Positions 19,960-31,149 of a stretch of 64,000 nt of DNA are shown one piece after another. The notes beneath the pieces are model-generated. The model was given only the letters and a program-made list of their open reading frames with translations, was not told where the DNA came from and made no database searches. The translations under genes and the position numbers were made by a program. Origin of the DNA: Desulfovibrionaceae bacterium. Its GTDB lineage: Bacteria; Desulfobacterota; Desulfovibrionia; Desulfovibrionales; Desulfovibrionaceae. Each line of letters starts with the position of its first letter. Position 1 is the stretch's first letter. Where the stretch lies: assembly GCA_022510785.1 (NCBI GenBank), contig JAFLSV010000009.1, positions 2,973 through 66,972 of the forward strand, written 5' to 3'.

Positions 19960-20985
19960 ATGCCGAATGAAGATTTTAATTTTCCGGACGCCATGTCGTG
20001 GAGTCCTCTGAAAAAAAAGATAGCTGCATGGCTGGTGCATCGTCCGGATTTTTTGTGGCCGGTAAATAAAGCTAAAACACTTTTAGCGCTTGGGTATGAA
20101 AAGGAAGCTCTGGCATTAATAAATTCCGTATTAAATAAAAGTACATATAAGCGCATGAAAAAACTGAAATCAATATATACAATACCTGAAAGTATCGCAA
20201 AAGAAAACAGCGTGCATATACCAAATAAAATTTTTCTTGATAATACAGAATTTGATATTGATCTTATTTCAGATAAATTTTTATTGTCATATAATGGTTT
20301 TTGTCCGGTATGTCAATCAATGACAACATTTTCAACACAGCATATATGGCTTAGAGATTTTTATATATGTACTAAATGTAAGTCTCTTCCTCGTGACAGG
20401 CAAATTTTTAAAATAATATATAAGCAGAATATAAATTTTGATATAGATTCTGTTTTAGAGCTTTCTCCCGGAAATAATCATATAAAAAATATTTTTAAGA
20501 ATTATAAAGGATCATTTTATTACCCTGATAAAGAAAAAGGAAGCGTCGTTGATGGTTTTTATAATGAAGATATACAAAATATGACATTCGATGATAATAC
20601 ATTTGATATTGTCATACATGAAGATGTATTTGAACATATATTTAATCCAGTTGAGGCAATAAAAGAAATATACAGAATTTTGAAAGTTGGCGGGAAAAGT
20701 ATTTTTTGCTTTCCCATATATGAAAATCTTGATAAAAATGTGGTTAGAGCAAAAATTGATGATGCAGGAAATGTATCATATATTTTAAAACCAATGTTTC
20801 ATGGAAACCCGATAGACAATGATGGTGCGCTGGTAGTATATGAATACGGTCATGAAATTTTAAATATGCTCTATAACGCTATTCCAGGTAATAAAGTTAA
20901 ATGGACACATGTCCATGAACCTGATCCCTCTATGGGAATTGCTGGCAAGTGTTTGGATTGTTTTATGCTTGAAAAAATTTCGTGA
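19960..20985 (+). CDS. Class I SAM-dependent methyltransferase with N-terminal CxxC/CxxC motif
   Basis: CPVC..CTKC, VLELSPG, EDIQNMTFDDNTFDIV, DVFEHI, EIYRILKVGG; AT-rich (line 20161-20220 is 18/60 G+C). Confidence 0.8.
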   Translation: MPNEDFNFPDAMSWSPLKKKIAAWLVHRPDFLWPVNKAKTLLALGYEKEALALINSVLNKSTYKRMKKLKSIYTIPESIAKENSVHIPNKIFLDNTEFDIDLISDKFLLSYNGFCPVCQSMTTFSTQHIWLRDFYICTKCKSLPRDRQIFKIIYKQNINFDIDSVLELSPGNNHIKNIFKNYKGSFYYPDKEKGSVVDGFYNEDIQNMTFDDNTFDIVIHEDVFEHIFNPVEAIKEIYRILKVGGKSIFCFPIYENLDKNVVRAKIDDAGNVSYILKPMFHGNPIDNDGALVVYEYGHEILNMLYNAIPGNKVKWTHVHEPDPSMGIAGKCLDCFMLEKIS

Positions 20986-21173
20986 AATAGGCTCGTGTGT
21001 CATTCCAGGCATCTTTCATGAAGCCGGGTCCGGCTCTCCCGTCGTCCGGCGCTGCGGCACAACCCGCTGTCACACGTTGCGCCTGCCCGCAGGCGCGCGG
21101 CTTTACGGGGTTTACCGCTATGGAACAGGCTGCGCGGAAAGGCGGGCGCACTCTGCCGGCTGCCCGGGGCCGC

Positions 21174-21202
21174 TTGACGCCGCCCCCGGCGGGCGCTATC
21201 CC
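21174..21202 (+). promoter_or_regulatory. Putative sigma70 promoter of the TetR gene
   Basis: TTGACG-N17-TATCCC. Confidence 0.45.
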
Positions 21203-21228
21203 GGAACGCAGAAAAAACGGGAGAGTTC

Positions 21229-21855
21229 ATGAAAAAAGACGCCATACTGCGCGCGGCGACACGCCTGTTTGCCGAGCGGGGCTTTGGCAACACGCCCACC
21301 ATCCTCCTGGCGCGGGAAGCGGGTGTGGCTGAAGGCACCATTTTCCGGCATTTCAAGAGCAAGGACGAAATTTTCCGCACTCTCATCGAACAGGTCAGAA
21401 ATCAGCTGCGGGCGGATATCGCGGCCTATGTGCAGAGCCGAAATCCCACAAGCGGCATGGAGACCGCGCTGGCCATCGCGCGGGCCTTCTGTGTCTTTGT
21501 GCGCAAGAATCGCATGGAATTCGGCCTGGTCTTCCGCGATGCGTCCAGCCGTTACGGCGACGACAGCGATCCGGCCTTCCGTGCCATCCGGACCATGTAC
21601 GAAGATGTGGGCTACCTGTTCTACGAGGCGATTTTGCAGGGCCAGGCCGACGGCACCGTGGGTGCGGCCATTCATCCCCAGGATACCGCGGCGATGCTGG
21701 TGTGCATGCTCATGGGCTTCATGCGGGGCGTTCACTTTAATGTCATCCGGCAGACCGAAGTGAAAAACGACATGATTCCCCACATGCTGACCAACATTGC
21801 CCTGATGCTTTCACCCGAAGCCTCGGCCGGGCCGCAGGCGGCCGGATTGCCATGA
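21229..21855 (+). CDS. TetR/AcrR-family transcriptional regulator
   Basis: ILRAATRLFAERGF..LAREAGVAEGTIFRHFKSKDEI HTH motif. Confidence 0.93.
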   Translation: MKKDAILRAATRLFAERGFGNTPTILLAREAGVAEGTIFRHFKSKDEIFRTLIEQVRNQLRADIAAYVQSRNPTSGMETALAIARAFCVFVRKNRMEFGLVFRDASSRYGDDSDPAFRAIRTMYEDVGYLFYEAILQGQADGTVGAAIHPQDTAAMLVCMLMGFMRGVHFNVIRQTEVKNDMIPHMLTNIALMLSPEASAGPQAAGLP

Positions 21856-22147
21856 GCCTGGGCGTTTGCCGCAATGGAATGCATGATGCCGGAATAAACG
21901 GCGGCACGGTCTGATCCGGGCGGTTTTTTCAGACCATAAGGCAATCGAAAAAGTTGCCATTAATTCCCAAAAGAACGTCGTCACATTGTTCTCACCAGGG
22001 GCGGGTTGCAGGTGACGCGACCCGGCGCCCGCCGGGGATCGGGCGCGCGTTCGGAAATTCATCCCCGCGCGGGCTTGCCCGGACGGCCGAACGGTCTGAG
22101 CGCAAAGCCCCCTGGATAAAAATACGCGACGCCGCGAAAAAAAAAGC

Positions 22148-22176
22148 TTGACGCCCCCGCATCTTCAGGCTACATA
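22148..22176 (+). promoter_or_regulatory. Putative sigma70 promoter of the S10 operon
   Basis: A-tract (UP-like) followed by TTGACG-N17-TACATA. Confidence 0.55.
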
Positions 22177-22764
22177 ACTCTCCGCCCCTGGAAAGGGGTC
22201 ATTCCCTGGACGGCAGGGAAGGGCGGGTTGACCCCGTCCTGCTGTATCTGAAGGCGGCGCGTCGCGGCCTTTGGATTTTGACATTTGCAGGCGTCACTAC
22301 ATGCCATGAGATGTCAGCCGTTCCAGCCCGTCAGCTTCACGGGCTGCAAGGTGAACCGGCGCGTGTTTTTTGTTCGCGTGTGCCGGTTGTGTGGTGACCC
22401 CTGCGGGACCACCTGTCTTGTCGGAAAGCATGCTTTCCGCCGCGGGCCAGGCTGGCGAGACCAAGGGTCGGCTTTTGTCGGATACGTCGGAAGAAGCGAA
22501 CGGGTTTGCGCCGCCAGGGCCACCGTCCCCATCCTCCGCTCATCATACGAAGCCGAACCTGTTTTTCCTCCACATGGAGGGAAGGCTTGCCTCCTGCCTG
22601 TTGTCAAGGTGCAAGGAACGCCGAAGCGCGCCGCGCCATGCATTCAGGCGTTTTGCGCTTCACAAGGTTGGCCTGGGCCGACCGGCCGCCGCAAGGTGGT
22701 GGATTCTCCGGACTGTCCCGCCGGGAATTTCCGGGACGGGTTGCCGGAAAAATGGAGATTCGCA
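22177..22764 (+). promoter_or_regulatory. Long structured 5' leader of rpsJ
   Basis: About 590 nt with no recognisable gene and multiple hairpins (22185-98, 22202-20, 22324-46, 22422-39, 22686-99, 22728-50). Confidence 0.5.
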
Positions 22765-23082
22765 ATGACGACAGTTGGCAGTGATCGTATCCGTATCAAG
22801 CTCAAGGCTTACGATTACCGCATCCTGGACAAGGCTGTGGCGGAAATCGTGGACACGGCGCGCAATACCGGCGCCGGGGTGGCCGGGCCCATTCCCCTGC
22901 CCACCAACATTTACAAATATACGGTTAACCGCTCGGTTCATGTGGACAAAAAGTCCCGTGAACAGTTCGAGATGAGGGTTCACAAGCGCCTCATGGATAT
23001 TCTCGAGCCCACGCAGCAGACCGTGGACGCTCTGGGCAAGCTTTCCCTGCCCGCCGGCGTGGATGTGGAAATCAAGCTCTAG
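22765..23082 (+). CDS. rpsJ: 30S ribosomal protein S10
   Basis: [31 protein letters not shown]. Confidence 0.99.
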   Translation: MTTVGSDRIRIKLKAYDYRILDKAVAEIVDTARNTGAGVAGPIPLPTNIYKYTVNRSVHVDKKSREQFEMRVHKRLMDILEPTQQTVDALGKLSLPAGVDVEIKL

Positions 23083-23096
23083 AGAGAGGAAGCGTC

Positions 23097-23726
23097 ATGT
23101 CTGAAAAAATGGGAATTTTAGGTCGAAAGCTGGGCATGACCCGCATTTTCGCCAATGACGGTTCCGCCGTTGCCGTAACGGTCATTCAGGCCGGGCCCTG
23201 CCCCGTGACTCAGGTCAAAACGGCGGAGAAGGACGGCTACCACGCTCTGCAGATGGCTTTCGACGAAGTGAAGGAAAAGCATGTGACAAAGCCCATGCGC
23301 GGTCATTTCGTCAAGGCCGGGGTGGGCAATTACCGCACCGTGCGCGAGCTGCGCCTTGACGGCCCCGCCGCGGTGGAAGTGGGGCAGAACCTCACGGTGG
23401 ACATGTTCAGCGCCGGCGACACCATTAAGGTGACGGGTACCAGCATCGGCAAGGGCTATCAGGGCGTCATGCGCCGCTGGAATTTCCGCGGCATCAACGA
23501 CGGCCACGGCAACGAAAAGGTGCATCGCTCCGGCGGCTCCATCGGGAACAACACCTTCCCCGGACATGTGTTCAAGGGCAAGGGCATGGCCGGGCAGTGG
23601 GGCGCCGAGCGCGTAACCCAGCTTGGCCTGAAGGTTGTCGAAGTGCGCCCCGAAGACAACGTGATCCTGGTTCGCGGCTCCGTGCCCGGCCCCAAAAACG
23701 GTCTCGTTCTGGTGCGCAAGCAGTAG
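23097..23726 (+). CDS. rplC: 50S ribosomal protein L3
   Basis: [20 protein letters not shown]; operon position. Confidence 0.99.
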   Translation: MSEKMGILGRKLGMTRIFANDGSAVAVTVIQAGPCPVTQVKTAEKDGYHALQMAFDEVKEKHVTKPMRGHFVKAGVGNYRTVRELRLDGPAAVEVGQNLTVDMFSAGDTIKVTGTSIGKGYQGVMRRWNFRGINDGHGNEKVHRSGGSIGNNTFPGHVFKGKGMAGQWGAERVTQLGLKVVEVRPEDNVILVRGSVPGPKNGLVLVRKQ

Positions 23727-23750
23727 CGCCACGCAAGAGAGGATGAAGCA

Positions 23751-24383
23751 ATGGCTGTTGTGACAATGTACGATCAGGACAAAAAGGAAGCCGGGGAAGT
23801 GACCCTGGCCCCCGAAGTGTTCGAGGTCGAGGTGAGGCCGGAGATTCTGAACTTCGTGGTTCGCGCCTACCGGGCCGCCCTCCGGGCCGGCACCCACTCC
23901 GCCAAGACCAGGGCCTTTGTGTCCGGCGGCGGCAAAAAGCCCTTCAAGCAAAAGGGCACGGGCAACGCCCGCGAGGGTTCCAACCGTTCGCCCATCATGC
24001 GGGGCGGCGCCATTATTTTTGGCCCCCGGCCGCGTGATTACAGCTTCAAGGTCAACCGCAAGGTGCGGGCCCTGGCCCTGCGCATGGCGCTTTCGTCCCG
24101 CCTGGCGGACAAGGATCTCATGGTGGTGAAGGGCATTACCCTGCCCGAAGCCAAAACCAGGCATTTTGCCAGTGTGGCCGGCAGCCTCGGACTGTCCAAG
24201 GCCCTGGTGGTGGCCTCGCCCGAAGACGGCGCGGCGGGCGGCGTTCTGGCCCGTTCGGCCCGCAATATTCCGGGCATCACGCTGGTCACGCCCGACGCCG
24301 TGAATGTGTACGAAGTGCTCAATCACAAGCAGATTGTGGTGCTCGAAGGCGCGCTGCCCCACCTGGAAGCGCGGCTGAAGTAA
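23751..24383 (+). CDS. rplD: 50S ribosomal protein L4
   Basis: GGGKKPFKQKGTGNAR, FGPRPRDY. Confidence 0.99.
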   Translation: MAVVTMYDQDKKEAGEVTLAPEVFEVEVRPEILNFVVRAYRAALRAGTHSAKTRAFVSGGGKKPFKQKGTGNAREGSNRSPIMRGGAIIFGPRPRDYSFKVNRKVRALALRMALSSRLADKDLMVVKGITLPEAKTRHFASVAGSLGLSKALVVASPEDGAAGGVLARSARNIPGITLVTPDAVNVYEVLNHKQIVVLEGALPHLEARLK

Positions 24384-24410
24384 GCCCCTAGCCTTGAAAG
24401 AGGAATAAAC

Positions 24411-24701
24411 ATGGATTACACCAAAATTCTTCTCCGGCCGGTGGTGACTGAAAAGGCCACGCTGCTGCGCGACAGCGCCAGCCAGTTTGCCTTTTTTGTG
24501 CATCCGAAGGCCAACAGGATCGAGATCGGCAAGGCGGTTGAGGAAGCCTTCAAGGTCAAGGTCGTGGATGTCAACGTGGTCACGGTCAAGCCGCGCAACC
24601 GTGTGCGGCAGGGCCGCGTGAAGGGGCGTATTCCGGGCTGTCGCAAGGCCTATGTGACCCTCGCCCCCGGCGATAAAATCGAATTCTTCGAGGGAGTCTA
24701 G
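24411..24701 (+). CDS. rplW: 50S ribosomal protein L23
   Basis: RPVVTEKA, KAYVTL. Confidence 0.98.
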   Translation: MDYTKILLRPVVTEKATLLRDSASQFAFFVHPKANRIEIGKAVEEAFKVKVVDVNVVTVKPRNRVRQGRVKGRIPGCRKAYVTLAPGDKIEFFEGV

Positions 24702-24704
24702 GCA

Positions 24705-25535
24705 ATGGCTGTTCGCAAGCTGAAACCGACCTCGGCGGGACGGCGTTTCCAGACGGTTTCCGATTTCGCCGAAATCACCCGGACCACGCCGGAAAAGTCG
24801 CTCACCGAAGGCCTGGCCAAAAAGAGCGGCCGCAACAACAATGGCCGTGTCACCAGCCGCCGGCGCGGCGGCGGGCACAAGCGCGTGTACCGCATCATTG
24901 ACTTCAAGCGCGATAAGACGGGCATTCCCGCCACGGTGGCGCACATTGAATACGACCCCAACCGCACGGCGCGGATTGCGCTTTTGCATTACGCGGACGG
25001 CGAAAAGCGCTATATTCTCGCGCCGGTGGGCATCAGGCAGGGCGACAGCATCGAGGCGGGCGACAAGGCCGACATCAAGCCCGGCAACGCCCTGCAGATG
25101 GCCCGCATTCCGGTGGGCACCAACCTGCATAACATTGAAATGCACCCCGGCCGGGGCGGCCAGCTCTGCCGCGCCGCCGGCACCTATGCCCAGCTTGTGG
25201 CCAAGGAAGGCAAGTATGCCCTTCTGCGCCTGCCCTCGGGCGAAGTGCGCAAGGTGCTGGCCTCCTGCCTGGCCACGGTGGGCCAGGTGGGCAACGTGCA
25301 GCATGAAAACATCAGCCTGGGCAAGGCCGGCCGCAATCGCTGGCTGAGCCGCCGGCCCAAGGTGCGCGGCGTGGCCATGAACCCCGTTGACCATCCTCTG
25401 GGCGGCGGCGAGGGCCGCAGCTCTGGCGGCCGCCATCCCGTGACCCCGTGGGGTATTCCCACCAAGGGCTACAAGACCCGTGACAGGAAAAAGCCTTCCG
25501 GCCGCCTTATCGTCAAGCGGCGCGGTCAGAAGTAA
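24705..25535 (+). CDS. rplB: 50S ribosomal protein L2
   Basis: [35 protein letters not shown]. Confidence 0.99.
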   Translation: MAVRKLKPTSAGRRFQTVSDFAEITRTTPEKSLTEGLAKKSGRNNNGRVTSRRRGGGHKRVYRIIDFKRDKTGIPATVAHIEYDPNRTARIALLHYADGEKRYILAPVGIRQGDSIEAGDKADIKPGNALQMARIPVGTNLHNIEMHPGRGGQLCRAAGTYAQLVAKEGKYALLRLPSGEVRKVLASCLATVGQVGNVQHENISLGKAGRNRWLSRRPKVRGVAMNPVDHPLGGGEGRSSGGRHPVTPWGIPTKGYKTRDRKKPSGRLIVKRRGQK

Positions 25536-25547
25536 GAGGAGCCGGAC

Positions 25548-25832
25548 ATGCCCAGATCTCTTAAAAAAGGTCCTTTCGTGGACGGCCATCTCATGAAGAA
25601 GGTGGACGCGGCCGTGGAGAGCGGCGACCGCCGCGTGGTGAAAACCTGGTCGCGCCGGTCCACGGTGCTGCCGGAAATGGTGGGTCTGACCTTCGCCGTG
25701 CATAACGGCAAGAAGTTCATCCCGGTCTTTGTGACGGAAAACATGGTCGGCCATAAGCTTGGTGAATTTGCGCCCACGCGCACCTTCCACGGCCATGCCG
25801 CGGACAAGAAGACCAAAGCAGCCAAAAAATAG
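25548..25832 (+). CDS. rpsS: 30S ribosomal protein S19
   Basis: [25 protein letters not shown]. Confidence 0.99.
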   Translation: MPRSLKKGPFVDGHLMKKVDAAVESGDRRVVKTWSRRSTVLPEMVGLTFAVHNGKKFIPVFVTENMVGHKLGEFAPTRTFHGHAADKKTKAAKK

Positions 25833-25844
25833 CGGGTAACGTTC

Positions 25845-26183
25845 ATGGAATCGAAAGCTATCGCCAAGTTTCAGCGCGTTTCTCCCCGCAAGACCCGGCT
25901 CGTCGCCCGAAACGTGAAAGGTCTGCCGGTGGAAGACGCCCTGAACCAGCTCAAGTTCACGCCCAACAAGCCCGCCGGCATTCTGTACGGCGTGGTGCGT
26001 TCGGCCCTGGCCAATGCGGCCCAGTACCCGGGCATTGATGTGGACTCCATGTACGTCAAGGACGTGGTGGTCAACGAAGGCCCCACCTGGAAGCGCGTTA
26101 TGCCCCGTTCGCAGGGACGCGCCATGCGCATCCGCAAGCGCACGAGCCACATCACCGTCATTCTCGCGGAAGGGCAGGAATAA
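25845..26183 (+). CDS. rplV: 50S ribosomal protein L22
   Basis: SPRKTRLV, PRSQGRA, TSHITV. Confidence 0.99.
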   Translation: MESKAIAKFQRVSPRKTRLVARNVKGLPVEDALNQLKFTPNKPAGILYGVVRSALANAAQYPGIDVDSMYVKDVVVNEGPTWKRVMPRSQGRAMRIRKRTSHITVILAEGQE

Positions 26184-26185
26184 GC

Positions 26186-26827
<642 letters not shown>

Positions 26828-26828
<1 letters not shown>

Positions 26829-27247
26829 TGCTTGCCCCCAAAAGAGTAAAATACCGCAAGTGGCAGAAGGGCCGTCTGCGCGGGCCCGCGACCCGCGGCG
26901 CGACCATTGCCTTCGGGGATATCGGCCTGAAAGCCGTGGAGCACGGCAAGCTGTCCAGCCAGCAGATCGAGGCGGCGCGTATCGCCATGATGCGTCACAT
27001 CCGCCGCGGCGGCAAGGTGTGGATTCGCGTGTTCCCCGATAATCCGGTCACGGCCAAGCCCCTGGAAACCCGCCAGGGTTCCGGGAAGGGCGCGCCGGTG
27101 GGCTGGTGCGCGCCGGTCAAACCGGGGCGCGTGCTGTACGAAATCAAGGGCGTCAGCCTTGACCTGGCCAAGCGGGCTTTGACCCTGGCCGCCCACAAGC
27201 TGCCGGTGAAAACCGTCATTGTGGTGAGAGAGGGGGCCTTCCAATGA
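26828..27247 (+). CDS. rplP: 50S ribosomal protein L16
   Basis: [26 protein letters not shown]. Confidence 0.99.
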
Positions 27248-27456
27248 GCACGACCATGCAGGAACTTCGCGACTTGAGTGCCGCCGAGCTGCAGGCCAGG
27301 CTGGCGGACAGCCGGCAGGAACTTTTCAACCTGCGCTTCCAGCACGCCACGGCCCAGCTTGAAAAAACGCACTCCATCAAGGTCGCCCGGAAGAATATCG
27401 CCCGCATCCTGACCGTTCTGGCGGAAAAGGGCGGCCAAACCACGCAGCCCAAGTAG
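27244..27456 (+). CDS. rpmC: 50S ribosomal protein L29
   Basis: [17 protein letters not shown]. Confidence 0.98.
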   Translation: MSTTMQELRDLSAAELQARLADSRQELFNLRFQHATAQLEKTHSIKVARKNIARILTVLAEKGGQTTQPK

Positions 27457-27465
27457 GAGCGGATC

Positions 27466-27732
27466 ATGAACAGCGCCATGGAAAAGCGCAAAGGCAGAAC
27501 GCTCGTCGGCACCGTGATCAGCGACAAAAGCGACAAGACCATCGTCGTGCGCGTGGAAACGCTGATCCAGCATCCGCTTCTCAAGAAGTATGTCCGGCGG
27601 CACAAAAAATGCACCGCGCACGATCCGAATAACGAATGCGGCATCGGCGACAAGGTAAAAATTGTGGAATACCGGCCCATGAGCCACAACAAGCGCTGGC
27701 ACCTGGTGGCCGTGCTCGAAAAAGCCGTGTAG
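27466..27732 (+). CDS. rpsQ: 30S ribosomal protein S17
   Basis: GTVISDKSDKTIVV, HPLLKK, RPMS. Confidence 0.98.
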   Translation: MNSAMEKRKGRTLVGTVISDKSDKTIVVRVETLIQHPLLKKYVRRHKKCTAHDPNNECGIGDKVKIVEYRPMSHNKRWHLVAVLEKAV

Positions 27733-27744
27733 GAGGCGGAAGCC

Positions 27745-28113
27745 ATGATTCAGGTTGAATCCAGACTCCAGGTGGCGGACAATTCCGGCGCCAAGGAAGT
27801 GGCCTGCATCAAGGTGCTGGGCGGCTCCCACCGGCGTTACGCCACGGTGGGGGACATCATTATGGTTTCCGTGAAGGACGCCATGCCCCACGCCAAGGTG
27901 AAGAAGGGCGACGTGATGCAGGCCGTTATTGTGCGCACCGCCAAGGAAGTGCGCCGGGTGGACGGCTCATACATCAAATTTGACAGCAACGCCGCCGTGC
28001 TTCTCACCAAGCAGGGCGAACCCGTGGGAACCCGTATCTTCGGCCCTGTGGCCCGCGAACTGCGCGCTCACAACTTTATGAAGATTGTTTCCCTGGCGCC
28101 TGAAGTGCTGTAG
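27745..28113 (+). CDS. rplN: 50S ribosomal protein L14
   Basis: [25 protein letters not shown]. Confidence 0.99.
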   Translation: MIQVESRLQVADNSGAKEVACIKVLGGSHRRYATVGDIIMVSVKDAMPHAKVKKGDVMQAVIVRTAKEVRRVDGSYIKFDSNAAVLLTKQGEPVGTRIFGPVARELRAHNFMKIVSLAPEVL

Positions 28114-28125
28114 GAGCATGAGGTC

Positions 28126-28467
28126 ATGAAACAGTTTCGTATTCACAAAGACGACAAGGTGAAGGTCATCGCCGGCAAGGACAAGGACAAGGTCGGAAAG
28201 GTTCTGAAAATTCTGCGCAAGTCGGATCGCGTGCTGGTGGAAAAGGTGAACATGGTCAAGCGCAATGTCCGCCCCAACCCCTACAAGCGCGAACCCGGCG
28301 GCATCGTGGAAAAGGAAATGCCCATCCATGTGTCCAACCTCATGGTTGTGTGCCCCGCCTGCGCCAGGCCTACCCGCGTCGCTTACCGGTACGAGGAAAA
28401 AGAGCGCAACGGACAAACGAAGAAGGTGCGTGTCCGTTACTGCAAGCACTGCAACAAACCCCTGTAG
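28126..28467 (+). CDS. rplX: 50S ribosomal protein L24
   Basis: KOW motif [21 protein letters not shown]; C-terminal CxxC/CxxC. Confidence 0.98.
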   Translation: MKQFRIHKDDKVKVIAGKDKDKVGKVLKILRKSDRVLVEKVNMVKRNVRPNPYKREPGGIVEKEMPIHVSNLMVVCPACARPTRVAYRYEEKERNGQTKKVRVRYCKHCNKPL

Positions 28468-28480
28468 AAGGTGAACGACG

Positions 28481-29020
28481 ATGACCCGTCTGGAAACGAT
28501 ATACCGTGAGAAAGTGGTTCCGGTATTGCGGAAGGAGTTTGCCTACAAGTCTCCCATGCAGATTCCCGGAATCGAAAAGGTCTCCCTGAATATCGGTCTT
28601 GGTTCTGCCAGTCAGAACAACAAGCTGCTTGAGGAAGCCGTGGCCGAGCTGTCGGCCATTGCCGGCCGCAAGGCCGTGGTGACCCGCGCGAGGAAGTCCA
28701 TTGCCGCCTTCAAGGTGCGCGAGGGCATGCCCATCGGCGTGCGGGTGACCCTGCGCCGGGAGGCCATGTGGGACTTTCTCGACAAGCTTATGAATTTTGC
28801 CCTGCCGCGGGTTCGTGACTTCCGCGGCGTGCCCGATCGCGGCTTTGACGGCCGGGGGAATTTCACCCTGGGCATCAGGGAACACATGATTTTCCCCGAA
28901 ATGGAATCGGATCGGGTGGAAAATCCCAAGGGCATGAATATTACCATCGTCACCACCGCAACCACGGACAAGGAAGGCAAGCTGCTGCTCGAACAGCTCG
29001 GCATGCCTTTCCGCAAGTAA
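28481..29020 (+). CDS. rplE: 50S ribosomal protein L5
   Basis: [24 protein letters not shown]. Confidence 0.99.
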   Translation: MTRLETIYREKVVPVLRKEFAYKSPMQIPGIEKVSLNIGLGSASQNNKLLEEAVAELSAIAGRKAVVTRARKSIAAFKVREGMPIGVRVTLRREAMWDFLDKLMNFALPRVRDFRGVPDRGFDGRGNFTLGIREHMIFPEMESDRVENPKGMNITIVTTATTDKEGKLLLEQLGMPFRK

Positions 29021-29032
29021 GGAGCCAAGGAC

Positions 29033-29218
29033 GTGTCCCGTACTTCCCTTGAAGTGAAGGCCAGCCGCAAGCCGAAGTTTTCGTCCCGCGGCTACAATCG
29101 CTGCCCCATCTGCGGCCGTCCCCGCGCCTACCTGCGCAAGTTCGGCCTGTGCCGTATCTGCTTCCGCAAAATGGCCCTGGCGGGCGAGCTGCCCGGTGTC
29201 CGCAAATCGAGCTGGTAA
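29033..29218 (+). CDS. rpsN: 30S ribosomal protein S14 type Z (Zn-binding)
   Basis: [21 protein letters not shown]; GTG start. Confidence 0.98.
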   Translation: MSRTSLEVKASRKPKFSSRGYNRCPICGRPRAYLRKFGLCRICFRKMALAGELPGVRKSSW

Positions 29219-29249
29219 TCCGGCTCGCCATTTCAGGAGAATTTCAACC

Positions 29250-29630
29250 ATGTTGACCGATCCCATTGCCGATATGCTCACGCGTATCCGCAACGCGCAC
29301 TTGGCCCTGCACAAGGAAGTGAGTGTGCCGCGCTCGAAGATGAAGGAAGCTTTGGCTGCCATCCTCAAGCAGGAAGGTTATGTGGACGATGTGCGCGTGG
29401 GCGAGCGCGACATCACCATTGAGCTGAAGTATGCGAAGGGACGTCCGGCCATTTCGGGGCTTAAGCGCGTCAGCAAGCCCGGCCGCCGGGTATATGTGAA
29501 CTGCCGCGCCATTCCCCGCGTTCAGAACGGGCTGGGCATCTGCATCCTGTCCACGTCCCGCGGCGTGCTGGACGGCGTGAGCGCCCAGGCCGAGAAGGCC
29601 GGCGGCGAACTTCTGTGCGAAGTGTGGTAA
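29250..29630 (+). CDS. rpsH: 30S ribosomal protein S8
   Basis: [36 protein letters not shown]. Confidence 0.99.
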   Translation: MLTDPIADMLTRIRNAHLALHKEVSVPRSKMKEALAAILKQEGYVDDVRVGERDITIELKYAKGRPAISGLKRVSKPGRRVYVNCRAIPRVQNGLGICILSTSRGVLDGVSAQAEKAGGELLCEVW

Positions 29631-29678
29631 GCGCGGCCGTCAAGCTGCCGCCAGTCCTTCAGCCAAGGTAGAAAAATC

Positions 29679-30221
29679 ATGTCGAGAATAGGAAAATTGC
29701 CCATCGCTCTGCCCAAGGGGGTGGAAGTGAAGCTGGGCGACGAAATGGTGGAAGTGAAAGGGCCCAAGGGCACCCTGCGCACCCCGGTGTGCGGTCTTTT
29801 GCACTATGAACTGGCGGACGGGCGGGTGACCCTGACCCGCCGGGAAGACAGCCGCGAAAGCCGGGCCCAGCACGGTCTGCGCCGCACCCTTCTGGCCAAC
29901 TGCGTGGAAGGCGTGAGCAAGGGCTTTTCCAAAACCATGGAAGTCATCGGCGTGGGCTACAAGGTTGCCGTCAAGGGCAATATCATTGAGCTTTCCGTCG
30001 GCTTTTCGCACCCCGTGCTGGTGGAAGTGCCCAAGGGCCTTGAGGCCAGGGTGGACGGCCAGAAGCTGACCATTTCGGGCATTGACAAGGAAATGGTGGG
30101 CGAAATGGCCGCCCGCATCCGGCGTATCCGCAAGCCCGAGCCTTACAAGGGCAAGGGCATCAAGTACGAAAACGAAGTCATCCGCCGCAAGGCCGGCAAG
30201 TCCGGCGCCAAGGGCAAGTAG
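29679..30221 (+). CDS. rplF: 50S ribosomal protein L6
   Basis: MSRIGKLPI, GFSHP, RKPEPYKGKGIKY. Confidence 0.99.
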   Translation: MSRIGKLPIALPKGVEVKLGDEMVEVKGPKGTLRTPVCGLLHYELADGRVTLTRREDSRESRAQHGLRRTLLANCVEGVSKGFSKTMEVIGVGYKVAVKGNIIELSVGFSHPVLVEVPKGLEARVDGQKLTISGIDKEMVGEMAARIRRIRKPEPYKGKGIKYENEVIRRKAGKSGAKGK

Positions 30222-30232
30222 AGGTCAGGGTC

Positions 30233-30592
30233 ATGATGCTTTCCAAAAACGAAACCCGCAAGCGCCGCAAGGTGCGCATCCGGAAAAAGATTTCCGGCAC
30301 GGCCGGGCGGCCGCGTCTGGTGGTGTACCGGTCCAACCTGCATATTTATGCCCAGGTGGTGGATGACGCGGCCGGGGCCACTCTGGCGGCCACATCCACC
30401 CTCGCCCTGTCCAAAAACGGCGAAAAGGCCGGGTGCAACAAGGCCGGGGCGGATCGCGTGGGCAGGGAAATCGCCCGCCTGGCTCTGGAAAAGAACATCC
30501 GTCAGGTGGTGTTTGACCGCAACGGCTATCTGTACCATGGCCGCATTAAGGCCGTGGCCGACGGAGCCCGCGAGGGCGGCCTGGAATTTTAG
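30233..30592 (+). CDS. rplR: 50S ribosomal protein L18
   Basis: RPRLVVYRSN, FDRNGYLYHGR. Confidence 0.99.
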   Translation: MMLSKNETRKRRKVRIRKKISGTAGRPRLVVYRSNLHIYAQVVDDAAGATLAATSTLALSKNGEKAGCNKAGADRVGREIARLALEKNIRQVVFDRNGYLYHGRIKAVADGAREGGLEF

Positions 30593-30627
30593 GCTGAAAT
30601 CAAGACAGCAAGCAGTGCAGGACTGAT

Positions 30628-31131
30628 ATGGAACAACAGCAGCAAACGACGGATTCCGGGTACATCGAAAAAATCGTGCATCTGAACCGCGTCGCGAAAG
30701 TGGTCAAGGGCGGTCGCCGTTTCAGCTTCAGCGCTCTGGTGGTTGTGGGCGACGGCAAGGGCAGCGTGGGCTATGGCCTGGGCAAGGCTCAGGAAGTGCC
30801 CGAAGCTCTGCGCAAGGCCACGGAGCGCGCCCGCAAGACCATGGTTCAGGTTCCCCTGGTGGAAGGTACCCTGCCCTATGAAGTGCTGGGCCGTTTCGGC
30901 GCCGGCCGCGTGCTCCTGAAGCCCGCCTCGCGCGGAACGGGGATTATTGCCGGCGGCGCGGTGCGCGCGGTTATGGAAGCCGCGGGCGTCACCGATGTGC
31001 TGGCCAAGGCCATAGGCACCAATAACCCGCACAACGTGCTTCGCGCGGCCATGGAGGGGCTCACCTCCCTGCGCAGCGCCGAGGCCGTGTCCGAAATGCG
31101 CGGCAAGAAACTGGAAGCCCCCCGCAAGTAG
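30628..31131 (+). CDS. rpsE: 30S ribosomal protein S5
   Basis: [22 protein letters not shown]. Confidence 0.99.
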   Translation: MEQQQQTTDSGYIEKIVHLNRVAKVVKGGRRFSFSALVVVGDGKGSVGYGLGKAQEVPEALRKATERARKTMVQVPLVEGTLPYEVLGRFGAGRVLLKPASRGTGIIAGGAVRAVMEAAGVTDVLAKAIGTNNPHNVLRAAMEGLTSLRSAEAVSEMRGKKLEAPRK

Positions 31132-31149
31132 GGGCCAAGGCAGGCTGAC

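Noticed and set aside
22486-22500. GTCGGAAGAAGCG resembling SRP RNA domain IV; the leader was also inspected for tRNA, tmRNA and RNase P motifs
   Set aside because: No CAGG-stem-GGAA-stem-AGCAG geometry, and no T-loop/CCA or P4 motifs were seen.
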